From Deltaproteobacteria bacterium (lineage in GTDB: Bacteria; Desulfobacterota; Binatia; Binatales; Binataceae): a stretch of 64,000 bases of DNA. Positions 10,346 through 19,314 of the stretch are shown in pieces. Below the pieces are notes generated by a model that was given only the letters and a program-made list of their open reading frames with translations, made no database searches and was not told the origin of the DNA. Location of the stretch: contig JAJYYI010000042.1 in assembly GCA_021801125.1 (NCBI GenBank), forward strand, positions 2,975 to 66,974, written 5' to 3'. Positions within the stretch are counted from its first letter, which is position 1. Each line of letters starts with the position of its first letter. Position numbers and translations under genes: made by a program.

Positions 10346-10861
10346 TCAGCGCGTGAGCGCGGCGATTACTTTGTCGACTGCAGCCTCGGCTTTGGCCTTC
10401 ATCTCCTCATTGGTCGCATCCTGGATTGGATGGGGGACGAAGATCCGTCGCACCTCCGGCAAGCCGAGGGCGTCGGCCTGCCTTTGCGCAGCTTCAACGA
10501 AAACGTCCGACGCCAAGAAGACCGCCGGCTTAGCGCTGGTTTCAAACCATATTGAGTCGTGCACACTGCACGTCGTGCACGACCCTCAATCGGCGAGGGC
10601 TTCGATTACGAAGTCGTTCTCCGCGGCGATAGTGCGCCTTAGCTCTTCCGGCGCGGGCTTGGTAAAAGTCGGCTTGCGGTACCGGTTGAATTTCACTTCC
10701 GGCAGCCGCTCGCTGAGCAACTCCGCGAGCCGATCCAGAAAGACGTCGCCGCGCGGTTTGCTGATATCGAGCAGAGCCACGGCGCCGTGAAGTTGTGGCG
10801 TCCGTGCGGCAAGAGTTCGTCTTACCGGCACACGCTCGTCGGTCGGATCGATTATCTCCAT
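10346..10861 (-). CDS. UGSC-family selenoprotein (171 aa, Sec92 encoded by in-frame TGA at 10586-10588)
   Basis: ORF-track pieces 10586..10882 and 10346..10564 share a frame: ...IEALAD-(TGA)-GSCTTCSVHDSIWFE...; SECIS hairpin directly after the UGA; GAGGAGG RBS before ATG 10861. Confidence 0.9.
10554..10585 (-). promoter_or_regulatory. Bacterial SECIS element
   Basis: Directly 3' of the UGA: GGGUCGUGCAC-GACGUGCAGU-GUGCACGACUC. This gives an 11-bp stem with one G-U, a bulged G, a short upper stem and an apical loop starting with G. Confidence 0.85.
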
Positions 10862-10868
10862 GGTTTGC

Positions 10869-12482
10869 TCACACCTCCTCAATCACGCGGCTTACGCTTC
10901 GCGCGGCGGCCCTGTCGTACCATCCGGCGAAAATCGCCGTGAATTTTCCGGCTTCGCCGCCGGCGACGACAATGTTGATTCCTTCCGCCTCGCGGAACTT
11001 CGGGATGCGGCGCGCCAGATCGGCGGTTGTCGGCTCCTTGATCCCTAGGACTCCGGGCGCCGTTCCGACCGCGCACTCGGAACTCGGCAGCAGTTCGGAA
11101 AGCGGCCGAGCCGTGATCTCCTGAATTCGTTCGCGCACCTGAGTTTTGGTCCATCCGTCGCGGGCAAATACGGCGGCGTGCTCCGGCGCGACCACGATCA
11201 GCACCTCCGGCTCGTAGTCATGCGCCTTGGGATGCCCGCAGGCCTCGAGGCCCAGACCCAGGCTTGCGGCGAGCGAGCTTGCAGTGCGCGACGTTTGATC
11301 CCAAACCTGGCGCGAGCCGGACTCGAGGGGAAAGACGGTAACCACGCTTTGCTCGGGCTTAAATCCGCGCTCCACGTGAAGCGGTTCCCACGGAGTCCGT
11401 TCTTCCCATTCCGCGAAGCAGGTCGTGTATTTGCCGGCAGAGCCTAGCGTGGTTTGCTCAACTTCGCCTGGGCGTGCTCCGCCGAGATTGCGCATCACGA
11501 GCTTCAACGCGCGCCCGATCGTGGCATTGGCGCGGTTCCCGTACCCGAGCACCATGCGTCCCATATTCATCACGATCCTATGGCGAATCGGGCCGTTGAC
11601 GACAATCACCGGTGTTGCACCCCAAGTCGTCGCCATCACGCCGTGGACGTTGAACTCGGGGGTGCATGCCGCCTCAAGGGCGGCGAGCACCACGGGCAGA
11701 TATTCGGGTTTGCACCCGGCCATCACAGCGTTCGCCGCAACCGTTTCGACGGTCGCCGGGGCCATGTTCGGCGGCACGATTGCGACCACTTCCTGCGCGT
11801 CGCGCCGCGTGCCCTTCAGCATCGCCACCACACGCTCCGGCGTTGGGGGTATCACCGGAAGGCCGTCAGTAAGCCCACGCTCGAACATGAATTCGAACGG
11901 GTCCTCGGCCGAGCCCAACTCGATTCGGCGCGCCCGCAAGCGCGAGCCTGACGCTTCCGCTTCAAGCCGCTGCGCCGCTTGGGGCTCGAGCGACTTCGAG
12001 CCGCATCCCGCGCGCCAGGCTGGATAGCTGTTCCAATCAAGCGCCGGTTCGGCAACGCCCGCAAGCGCGGCAAATTCCTTGAACGTGCTGCGCCACTCGT
12101 CACGCACGAAGCCTTCGAGGCGGCGCAATTCGCTCCCGTCCGCTCGCACCAGGACGATCGTCGGTACGATTTCAATCGCGAAGCCGTAGGAAACCTTCAA
12201 CGCCGAGTCGTCGAGCATCGGAACTTCGAGCCCGTGGCGCGCGACCAACTTAAGGTTGCCTTCGCGCTCCTGGCCGATCGCCCATATATCGGCCTTCGCA
12301 CGCATCGCACGAAAGGCCGCGTCGATCAACGGCACCGAAAGGTCGCACGTCGGGCAATCCTCCTTGACGAAGCAGAGCATCGCGGGACGCTCCCCTGGAA
12401 AGGTGCGTTGCGTTCCTGCGGCATCGGTCAAGATGAACGGAGGCAAATTGTTTGAACTTCGTTGTGTCCCCACGCCGAGCAT
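10869..12482 (-). CDS. Thioredoxin/AhpC-TSA (CPTC) domain fused to an uncharacterised 'TDGLPVIPPT' domain; partner of the UGSC selenoprotein
   Basis: CFVKEDCPTC and IVPT (cis-Pro) thioredoxin-fold marks; GCGSKS linker; TDGLPVIPPT, NAVMAGCKPEY and NRANATIGRA blocks; stop lies 7 nt before the selenoprotein ATG. Confidence 0.8.
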   Translation of the reverse strand: MLGVGTQRSSNNLPPFILTDAAGTQRTFPGERPAMLCFVKEDCPTCDLSVPLIDAAFRAMRAKADIWAIGQEREGNLKLVARHGLEVPMLDDSALKVSYGFAIEIVPTIVLVRADGSELRRLEGFVRDEWRSTFKEFAALAGVAEPALDWNSYPAWRAGCGSKSLEPQAAQRLEAEASGSRLRARRIELGSAEDPFEFMFERGLTDGLPVIPPTPERVVAMLKGTRRDAQEVVAIVPPNMAPATVETVAANAVMAGCKPEYLPVVLAALEAACTPEFNVHGVMATTWGATPVIVVNGPIRHRIVMNMGRMVLGYGNRANATIGRALKLVMRNLGGARPGEVEQTTLGSAGKYTTCFAEWEERTPWEPLHVERGFKPEQSVVTVFPLESGSRQVWDQTSRTASSLAASLGLGLEACGHPKAHDYEPEVLIVVAPEHAAVFARDGWTKTQVRERIQEITARPLSELLPSSECAVGTAPGVLGIKEPTTADLARRIPKFREAEGINIVVAGGEAGKFTAIFAGWYDRAAARSVSRVIEEV

Positions 12483-12674
12483 CTTAGCGCTTGGGCGCGG
12501 GCGGCGAAAGGATTGGCACGAGCCGGCGCCGGCGCACCGTTGCTGCCAGCTTTCGAAGAAACCGACGTAAGCACTCGTCGATGCAGGCGGTCAGCCGTGA
12601 TCCGCGGTCAGTTTCGCGACGTACCGAAGCGAAGTCTCAGCCGCGCAATAAGCGGCCGTCAATTTTTGTCGCAG

Positions 12675-13553
12675 TCAGCCCTCGCGCTGAGCGAGCGCGA
12701 GAGCCAGCTCCGCGCGCATCGCTTGCGCGGCGCGCCGCGCCGCCTCCGGCGGCTTCCTGCTCGTGTCGTTCCGATACGCATACATGATCGCGCGGCTGGC
12801 ATTGACGACCACGCCCGGAGCCGGCGCGTCGGAAGCGGCAGCCAAAGCGTCGGCGGCGCTCGCGCCTTGGGCGCCGTAACCGGGCACGAGGATCAGCGCT
12901 CGCGGCATCAGGATGCGCGCGCGTTCAGCGTGAGCCGGATAGGTCGCGCCGATGACCGCGCCGACGGAGCTGAGTCCCGCTTCGCCGACAAACGGCTCGC
13001 CCCATTTATGGACCTGTTCCGCGACCAGTTCCCACAACGGACGGTGGGGGGCCGGCAGATCTTGGAAGTCGCCCGACGACGGATTCGAGGTCTTGACCAA
13101 AACAAAAAGACCGCGCCCGCTTTCTACATACGGCAGAAACGGCGCGATCGCGTCGGCGCCAAGGTAGGGATTTATCGTCATCGCGTCGCTCGCGAAGTTG
13201 CCCCGACCCAAGAACGCCTCGGCGTAAGCGGCGGAGGTGGAGCCTATATCGCCGCGCTTTGCGTCCGCGATAACCGGCAAGTCCAATCGGCGAGTGAAAG
13301 CCATCGCCTCGGCGAGCGCCCGCATCCCGTCGAGTCCCCGCGCCTCGAAAAACGCCAGTTGGAATTTAACCGCTACGACTTGGTCAGCGCAGGCTTCGAT
13401 GATCTCCGAGCAGAAGCGGTTCAGCGAATAGTCGGTCGGCACGCCGGGCGCTTGCGGGCTGTCTAGCTGTGGGTCGACACCGAGCACGAGCACGCTTTGC
13501 TTGGCTTGTGAAAGCTCGGTTACACGGTCGGTGAAATTCATCGACGAAATCAT
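12675..13553 (-). CDS. pyrF: Orotidine-5'-phosphate decarboxylase (subfamily 2)
   Basis: LGVDP, DAKRGDIGST, KTSNP, VIGAT, PGYGAQG and NASR motifs. Confidence 0.95.
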   Translation of the reverse strand: MISSMNFTDRVTELSQAKQSVLVLGVDPQLDSPQAPGVPTDYSLNRFCSEIIEACADQVVAVKFQLAFFEARGLDGMRALAEAMAFTRRLDLPVIADAKRGDIGSTSAAYAEAFLGRGNFASDAMTINPYLGADAIAPFLPYVESGRGLFVLVKTSNPSSGDFQDLPAPHRPLWELVAEQVHKWGEPFVGEAGLSSVGAVIGATYPAHAERARILMPRALILVPGYGAQGASAADALAAASDAPAPGVVVNASRAIMYAYRNDTSRKPPEAARRAAQAMRAELALALAQREG

Positions 13554-13608
13554 TGCACAACCGCAGAGGCTGAATAAACCAAGTCGCCCTCCCTGGTGTA
13601 TTTTCCCA

Positions 13609-14316
13609 TTAGTCCAATGGCTGACGAAGTTTCTTCACAACGCTTCTTCCACGGCTGGCGCCGTCGGCCGCGGGTCCGCCCACCCGCGGTGTCGGCGACC
13701 TCGGCTTGAGGCTCTGCCACAAGTACCAGACCGCCACCGTGCGGTATGGGCGCCAGATCTCGCCGAGGCTTCGAAGCTCGCTCGTCTTCGGCATCCGCTC
13801 CATCCCGTAGGCCTTGGCGACCGCATTGCGAAACCCGAGATCGTCAACCGGCAGGACGTCGGGGCGGCCGAGGTTGAACATGAGGAACATTTCGGCTGTC
13901 CAGCGGCCGATACCTTTGACTTGGGTGAGTTCGCTGATGATTTCCTCGTCCTCCATGACGCTGAACCGCGCCAGGTTGAGTGTTCCCGAAGCGATACGAT
14001 CTGCCAGATCCTTCAAGTAGAGAATTTTCTGCCGCGACAAGCCGACGGTCCGCAGCTTTTCATCGGGCGCGCTTGCCACCTGCTCCGGCGTGGGGAAGGC
14101 ACGCGAGTCGAAGATGCCGACGAAGCGATCGTAGATTGCCTGCGCGGCGGATCCGGCGAGCTGTTGGAAGATGATCGCTCGCACGAGTACTTGAAAGCGC
14201 CCGCGCCTGAGCATCATCTGAAACGGTCCCACCTGCGCGATAATTTCGGCAAGCGTCCTGTCGGCCGCGCGCAGGAATGCGACCGCTTCCTCGGCGTAAT
14301 TCAATGGCGTCTTCAT
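13609..14316 (-). CDS. DNA-3-methyladenine glycosylase II (AlkA/HhH-GPD)
   Basis: QQL, GLSRQK, VKGIGRWTAEM, PVDDLG and WRPYRT motifs. Confidence 0.9.
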   Translation of the reverse strand: MKTPLNYAEEAVAFLRAADRTLAEIIAQVGPFQMMLRRGRFQVLVRAIIFQQLAGSAAQAIYDRFVGIFDSRAFPTPEQVASAPDEKLRTVGLSRQKILYLKDLADRIASGTLNLARFSVMEDEEIISELTQVKGIGRWTAEMFLMFNLGRPDVLPVDDLGFRNAVAKAYGMERMPKTSELRSLGEIWRPYRTVAVWYLWQSLKPRSPTPRVGGPAADGASRGRSVVKKLRQPLD

Positions 14317-14421
14317 CGGCGTAAATTACCCAAGTGCTCGTCAAAAAAGTTTTTGCGGCTCGCGGCGGCGGCGAGATGCGCGGCGAAAGTCTTTGCTTTT
14401 AGCATCGAAAAACCTCAAACG

Positions 14422-17018
14422 CTATCGCGAGCGGGTTTCTTGCTGCATCCCCGCGAAGTTCCAGCCAAACGCTCTCCAGCCCACGGCGATCAGTACGATC
14501 AGCGCAGCGTATCCCCAGTCGGCAGGCGAAATCGGCTGCATTTGCATCAGACTCGCCAAAGGGCCGAACGTCATGCATAGCGGAAGACTGGCGGCGACGC
14601 CTGCTACCACCGCCCAGAAACGGAGTCGTCGCGGCCACGGGGCGTGCCACCACGGTCGGCTGCCGGCGAGTTCCGCCCACGCTAGCATCAGGCTACCGCC
14701 GATGACCACCGCCATCGCGGCGCTTCTGGCATACGCGGCCCCGAGGGCCAGCCGATACGCGTAAAGCCCTAGCGCGCCCGCCATTACCAGCGCGCCGGTC
14801 AACGCCGCACGCACCGCGGGCCACAGCGGCAGCAGCGGCGCCGCTGGCGCTCGCGGAGGATCTCTCATCACGTCGCTCACCGGCGGCTCTCCTTCGAAGA
14901 CCAAGGCCGCGGTCGGATGGACCACCAGCTCGAGCCAGACGAGGTGAACCAGTTGCAGCAGAATCGGCATACCCAGCGCGGGCGCCAGCAGCGCCAGGCC
15001 AACAACGGTCGCCTTGAATCCGACGAGGAAGAAAAAGGCCCGCCGGATATTCTCAAACACCTGCCTGCCTTCGCGAATCGCCGCGACCAGTCCGCCCAGT
15101 TCGTCTCTGAGCAAGACCATCGCGGCCGCCCCGCGCGCGATTTCGGTTCCGCGCTTGCCCATGGTGATGCCGATGTTGGCGCGGCGAAGCGCGGGGGCGT
15201 CGTTGATCCCGTCGCCGGTCATCGCGACGATCTCGCCGGAGCGGACCAGGGTGTCGACGATGGCGTATTTTTGCTCGGGCCGCACGCGCGCAAAGATGCT
15301 CGAGTGGGCCACAAGATCGGTCAAGCGCTCCGGCGTGACGCCGTCGAGGTCGGGTCCATTTACTATCTTGTCGTCTTGATGGATGATTCCGGCGGCTTCG
15401 GCAACGGCGTGCGCCGTGATTGCATGGTCGCCGGTGACCAGCTTGAGATGCAAGCCTGCTTCTTGGCATTGCCTGACGGCTCCGACGACGCCTTTGCGCA
15501 ATGGGTCGCGAAATGCCAGCAGGCCGTAAAGTCTAAGTCCGCGTTCGTCATGCTCGCGATCTCCGTTGAATAGGCCGTTCTCCTCGGAGCGCGCAGAGAC
15601 ATCTGAGAGAGCGGCTCCGGAAGCCTGCTTTGGCGCGGCCGGCTCGCCTGCCCATCGTCCGGCCACGGCCAAAACGCGCATGCCTTTATCAGCCATCGCA
15701 GCGTGCGCGGCCTCGACCGCGGCGTGCTCGCTGATGTTGAGATGGCAGTGTTCCAAAATTCCCTCGAGCGAGCCTTTAGCGACGATTCGCGCTTGCGCGG
15801 AAAGCCCGTCGCCGCCGTCAGTCCGGGCGATCCAAACGTGCGACATGTGTTTTCCCGCGGCTTCGAAAGGGTAGTCGTAGGCGAGCTGCCAGCGAGCATG
15901 AAGAGCGGCGACGTCCACTCCGTACGCGCGGCAGTGAGACAGAATCGACTGTTCGATCGGATCTGCGGCGTCGAGCTCGCAAGCGAGCGCCGCGGCTTCC
16001 AGCAGGGTCTTGGCCGATGAGCCGATTCCAAGGGGTTCATGACTTGCCAGACCGTAGTGGCCCTCGGTCAACGTGCCGGTCTTGTCGAGGCATATTACGG
16101 TGGTTGATCCGAGCGCCTCGACGCTGGAGAGCCGGCGAGCGAGGACTCCATGGCTGCTAAGCCGCCAAGCGCCGAGGCTTAAGAAGAGCGCCATCACCAG
16201 CGGATATTCCTCGGGTGCGGCCGAGATCGCCAGCGTAACCGCATATAGGAATGACCGCTTGAGCGTGTTCCCGCGCAGCAGCATCAGCACGAACACTCCC
16301 ACTGCCACGGTCACGGCGAAGATGAGTAACTTGCGCGCCATGCGCGCGGTTTTGCGCTCCAGCGGAGTGCGCTCCTCTGGTGACTCCCTCATCAGGCGCG
16401 CGATGTCGCCGTAACGGGTCCGCTCGCCGGTGGCGGTGACCTCGAGGTAGCCGTGGCCGCTCAGCACGAGCGAGCCTGCGAACACGCTGTTTTCCTCGCC
16501 GGTTACCTCGTCGCTCGTCTTGTCGGTCGCGACCTTGTGCTGTGGTTCAGCCTCGCCGGTCAGATGCGATTCGTCCAGGGCGAGGTGGCGCACCATCGGA
16601 CAGTTCCGTCGGCATGCACCACGTCGCCCTCGCCGACCAACAAGATGTCCCCGGGCGCCACCTCCGCGGTCGGGATCTCGCGATGACGGCCCTCGCGGAC
16701 TACTCGCGCCCGCGGCGCGACGGCGCTTGCCAGCCGACGCAGCGCCTTGCGCGCCCGCAGCTCGAACAGCACGTCCACGATAAGCACCGGAACCGCGGCG
16801 ACGGTCAAGACGATTGCGTCGTGGCGGTTGCCCAATGCCGCGTAGAATGCTGCCGCGCCGAGCAGCATCAGCACCATCGGGTCGGCCAAGGCGCCAATCA
16901 CCTCTTTGACCCGCGCGGTCTTGGAGAGCCGTACAAAACGATTGGGTCCGAATCTCTTGAGCCGGGCCGCAGCTTCAGCCTCGCTGAGCCCTCGGAACCC
17001 TTCAGGGGTGAATTGCAT
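14422..17018 (-). pseudogene. Cation-translocating P-type ATPase split by a single-base frameshift near 16586
   Basis: N-part (GLSEAEA...GPN...PGDILLVGEGDVVHADG) and C-part (LALDESHLTGE, PEE, DKTGT, TGD, GDGINDAPAL) lie in different frames. Adding one base at GCC-A(A)C-CTC restores ADGTVRWCANLALDES. Confidence 0.8.
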
Positions 17019-17275
17019 CGCCTACAAGATAGCGACTCGTTCTCGGGCTCACTACCCCGACGTCATTCTCGTCCCGCTCGGCGCAAGTCGCCGATCGGTC
17101 CGAATTTTCGCGAGTTCGCTTTTCGTTTGCCGCATCGTGAGATCACTGCCTCCTGTCTGCGTATCCCGGAGTCCGGGTCGGGGTTATGAGAAAGGCGGTC
17201 GCTGCCCTGAAGGCGCGCTAATAAAGAGGCGGCGAAGCGCGGGCGCAAACCGCGGCTGGGAGGCGGAGAGTAGGA

Positions 17276-17334
17276 TTGACTAAAATTCACCATCGGGTTA
17301 ATATCTGAAATCGGTAAGTCACCAGGTGGTTAAT
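17276..17334 (+). promoter_or_regulatory. Sigma70 promoter overlapped by two TetR-type operators
   Basis: TTGACT-17nt-TAATAT (17276-17304); imperfect palindromes ATTCACC-N4-GGTTAAT (17285-17302) and AGTCACC-N4-GGTTAAT (17317-17334). Confidence 0.75.
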
Positions 17335-17343
17335 TAGCGTTCC

Positions 17344-18003
17344 ATGCGAGACCTCGAGCGGACACGGGAGAAGATCCTTTCAGCGGCGCGGACCGAGTTT
17401 TGCGCCAAGGGACTGGCCGGCGCGCGCACGGCAGCGATCGCCCGGCGCGCAGGCGTGAACAAGCGGATGCTCTTCTATTGTTTCGGTTCAAAAGAAGAGC
17501 TGTACAACGAGATACTGCGGCGCAAAAGCGCGGAAAGCGCGCGTTTTCTTGAGTCCGTGTCGGACGAGGTGGGCGCGGCGCTGGTCCAGTGGGACGGCAA
17601 TTGCCGCGAGGATCCTGACTGGGTGCGTTTGCTTGAATGGGAGGCGCTCGAATCGGGTGCTGGCCCGGTAGTAATCGAAGAGACTCGGCGGCGGCTGTTC
17701 AAGGCGGCACTGGCGAAGTTGCGGCGCGCACAAGAGAAGGGAAACGTGTCATTAGGCTTGGATCTTACGCAGCTCTTCCTCTCCTTGGTAGCGGTAACGG
17801 TCTTCCCCTACGCATTTCCCCAGCTCGTGCGTCTTATCAGCGGCAAGGAACCGAGCGACGCGGACTTTGTCGCGCGGCGCTCGGAGTTTTTGCACTGGCT
17901 TGGCGAACGGCTCGCGCTTGCTGAAACGGGCGTGCAGGCCGCTCCAAGTAACAGGCGGCCGAACGCACGAGTCGAAAGCGGAATACGACGAAGCGCGCGG
18001 TAG
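17344..18003 (+). CDS. TetR/AcrR family transcriptional regulator
   Basis: N-terminal HTH: ILSAA..EF..KG..GAR...IARRAGVNKRMLFYCFGSKEEL. Confidence 0.92.
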   Translation: MRDLERTREKILSAARTEFCAKGLAGARTAAIARRAGVNKRMLFYCFGSKEELYNEILRRKSAESARFLESVSDEVGAALVQWDGNCREDPDWVRLLEWEALESGAGPVVIEETRRRLFKAALAKLRRAQEKGNVSLGLDLTQLFLSLVAVTVFPYAFPQLVRLISGKEPSDADFVARRSEFLHWLGERLALAETGVQAAPSNRRPNARVESGIRRSAR

Positions 18004-18057
18004 AACCGTAACGTTGGATACCGCGCAACCCTAGAGCTGCGTGGGCTAAGTACAGCG

Positions 18058-19314
18058 ATGATGATGTACGAAGCGGAACTCGAACGAGGCGGCGAGGCTT
18101 TGCTGGCCGAAGGCCGAAAGAATCACCAGGCCGACGAACAGGAATCGCTGCGCCAAGAGGTCGCGATTCTGCGCGAAGAGGTGCAACGCCTGCGCGAGCG
18201 GCAGGAGGCCCTGCAGCAGCACGCCCTGCAACAGGCGCCTTCGGTTATAACTCAGGATGGCGAGTTTGGAGTGGACGGGCAGGGTCATCACGAGCCGAAG
18301 CACGATGAGCCTCCCGACGCCGAGCCGCGACGCCGCACGGGCCGGATCATTCTGCGCGCTGCGATCGCAGCGGTCGTAATGGCGTTGCTTGCGGTGGGCA
18401 GCGACCATTTGTGGCAATACGTCAGCTCGTACGAGACGACCGACGACGCGCAGATCGATGGCCATCTCAATTCCGTGAGCTCGCGTATCAACGGCACGGT
18501 GATCGGCGTCTATGTTGACGACACGCAATACGTAAAGGCCGGCCAGTTGATCGTTGCGCTCGACCCGCGCGATTACACGGTCGCGGTGGAGCGGGCTCGC
18601 GCCGATCTAAAGCAGGCACAGGCGCAGGTGGAGTTGGCCAAGGCTAACTACCAGACCGCTACAGCGAAGCTTAGGGCTTCCCAGGCCACCAGCGTCAAGG
18701 CGAACAGAGACGTGCAGCGGTACGAGGAACTGTTCAACCGGCGCGTGATTTCGCGCGATCAGTACGAAGAACAAATTCGCGTAGGCCAAGTTGACGCGGC
18801 CACGGTCGAGGCCGACCGCGCCACGGCCGCCTCGGTGGAAAAGGACGTCGCCTCCAAGGAGGCCGCTGTGCAAAGCGCTAAGGCGGCGCTCGACCAGGCG
18901 GTGCTCAACCTGAGCTATACGAAGATTTACGCGCCGGTTAGCGGCGTGGTCGGGAAAAAGACCGTCGAGATGGGGCATCGGATCGAGCCGGGGCAACAAC
19001 TGATGGCGATCGTCCAGCTCGACGATATCTGGGTCACGGCCAACTTCAAGGAAACGCAAATCCGCAAGATGCGCGTGGGCCAACCTACGACGATTTACGT
19101 CGACGCCCTTGGCCGCGACTTTAAGGGCTACGTCGAAGGTCTGCCGGGAGCCAGCGGCGAGAAGTACAGCCTCTTGCCGCCTGAAAACGCGACCGGGAAC
19201 TACGTTAAGGTGGTGCAGCGGCTGCCCGTGCGGATCCGCTTCGACAAAGGACAAGACCCCGACCATCGCTTGCGCCCGGGGATGTCGGTGGAACCGACGG
19301 TCTGGCTGCGATGA
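18058..19314 (+). CDS. EmrA/HlyD family membrane fusion protein
   Basis: Single TM, TDDAQIDG, ANFKETQ and LLPPENATGNYVKVVQRLPVRI motifs. Confidence 0.93.
   Translation: MMMYEAELERGGEALLAEGRKNHQADEQESLRQEVAILREEVQRLRERQEALQQHALQQAPSVITQDGEFGVDGQGHHEPKHDEPPDAEPRRRTGRIILRAAIAAVVMALLAVGSDHLWQYVSSYETTDDAQIDGHLNSVSSRINGTVIGVYVDDTQYVKAGQLIVALDPRDYTVAVERARADLKQAQAQVELAKANYQTATAKLRASQATSVKANRDVQRYEELFNRRVISRDQYEEQIRVGQVDAATVEADRATAASVEKDVASKEAAVQSAKAALDQAVLNLSYTKIYAPVSGVVGKKTVEMGHRIEPGQQLMAIVQLDDIWVTANFKETQIRKMRVGQPTTIYVDALGRDFKGYVEGLPGASGEKYSLLPPENATGNYVKVVQRLPVRIRFDKGQDPDHRLRPGMSVEPTVWLR

Noticed and set aside
12462-14580. Long plus-strand ORFs 12462..13466 and 13501..14580 (and similar antisense ORFs elsewhere)
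   Set aside because: They are antisense shadows of pyrF and the AlkA-like gene, typical of high-GC DNA, and contain no motifs.
16560-16600. Programmed ribosomal frameshift in the P-type ATPase
   Set aside because: No slippery heptamer or homopolymer run at the junction; a simple one-base loss explains it.
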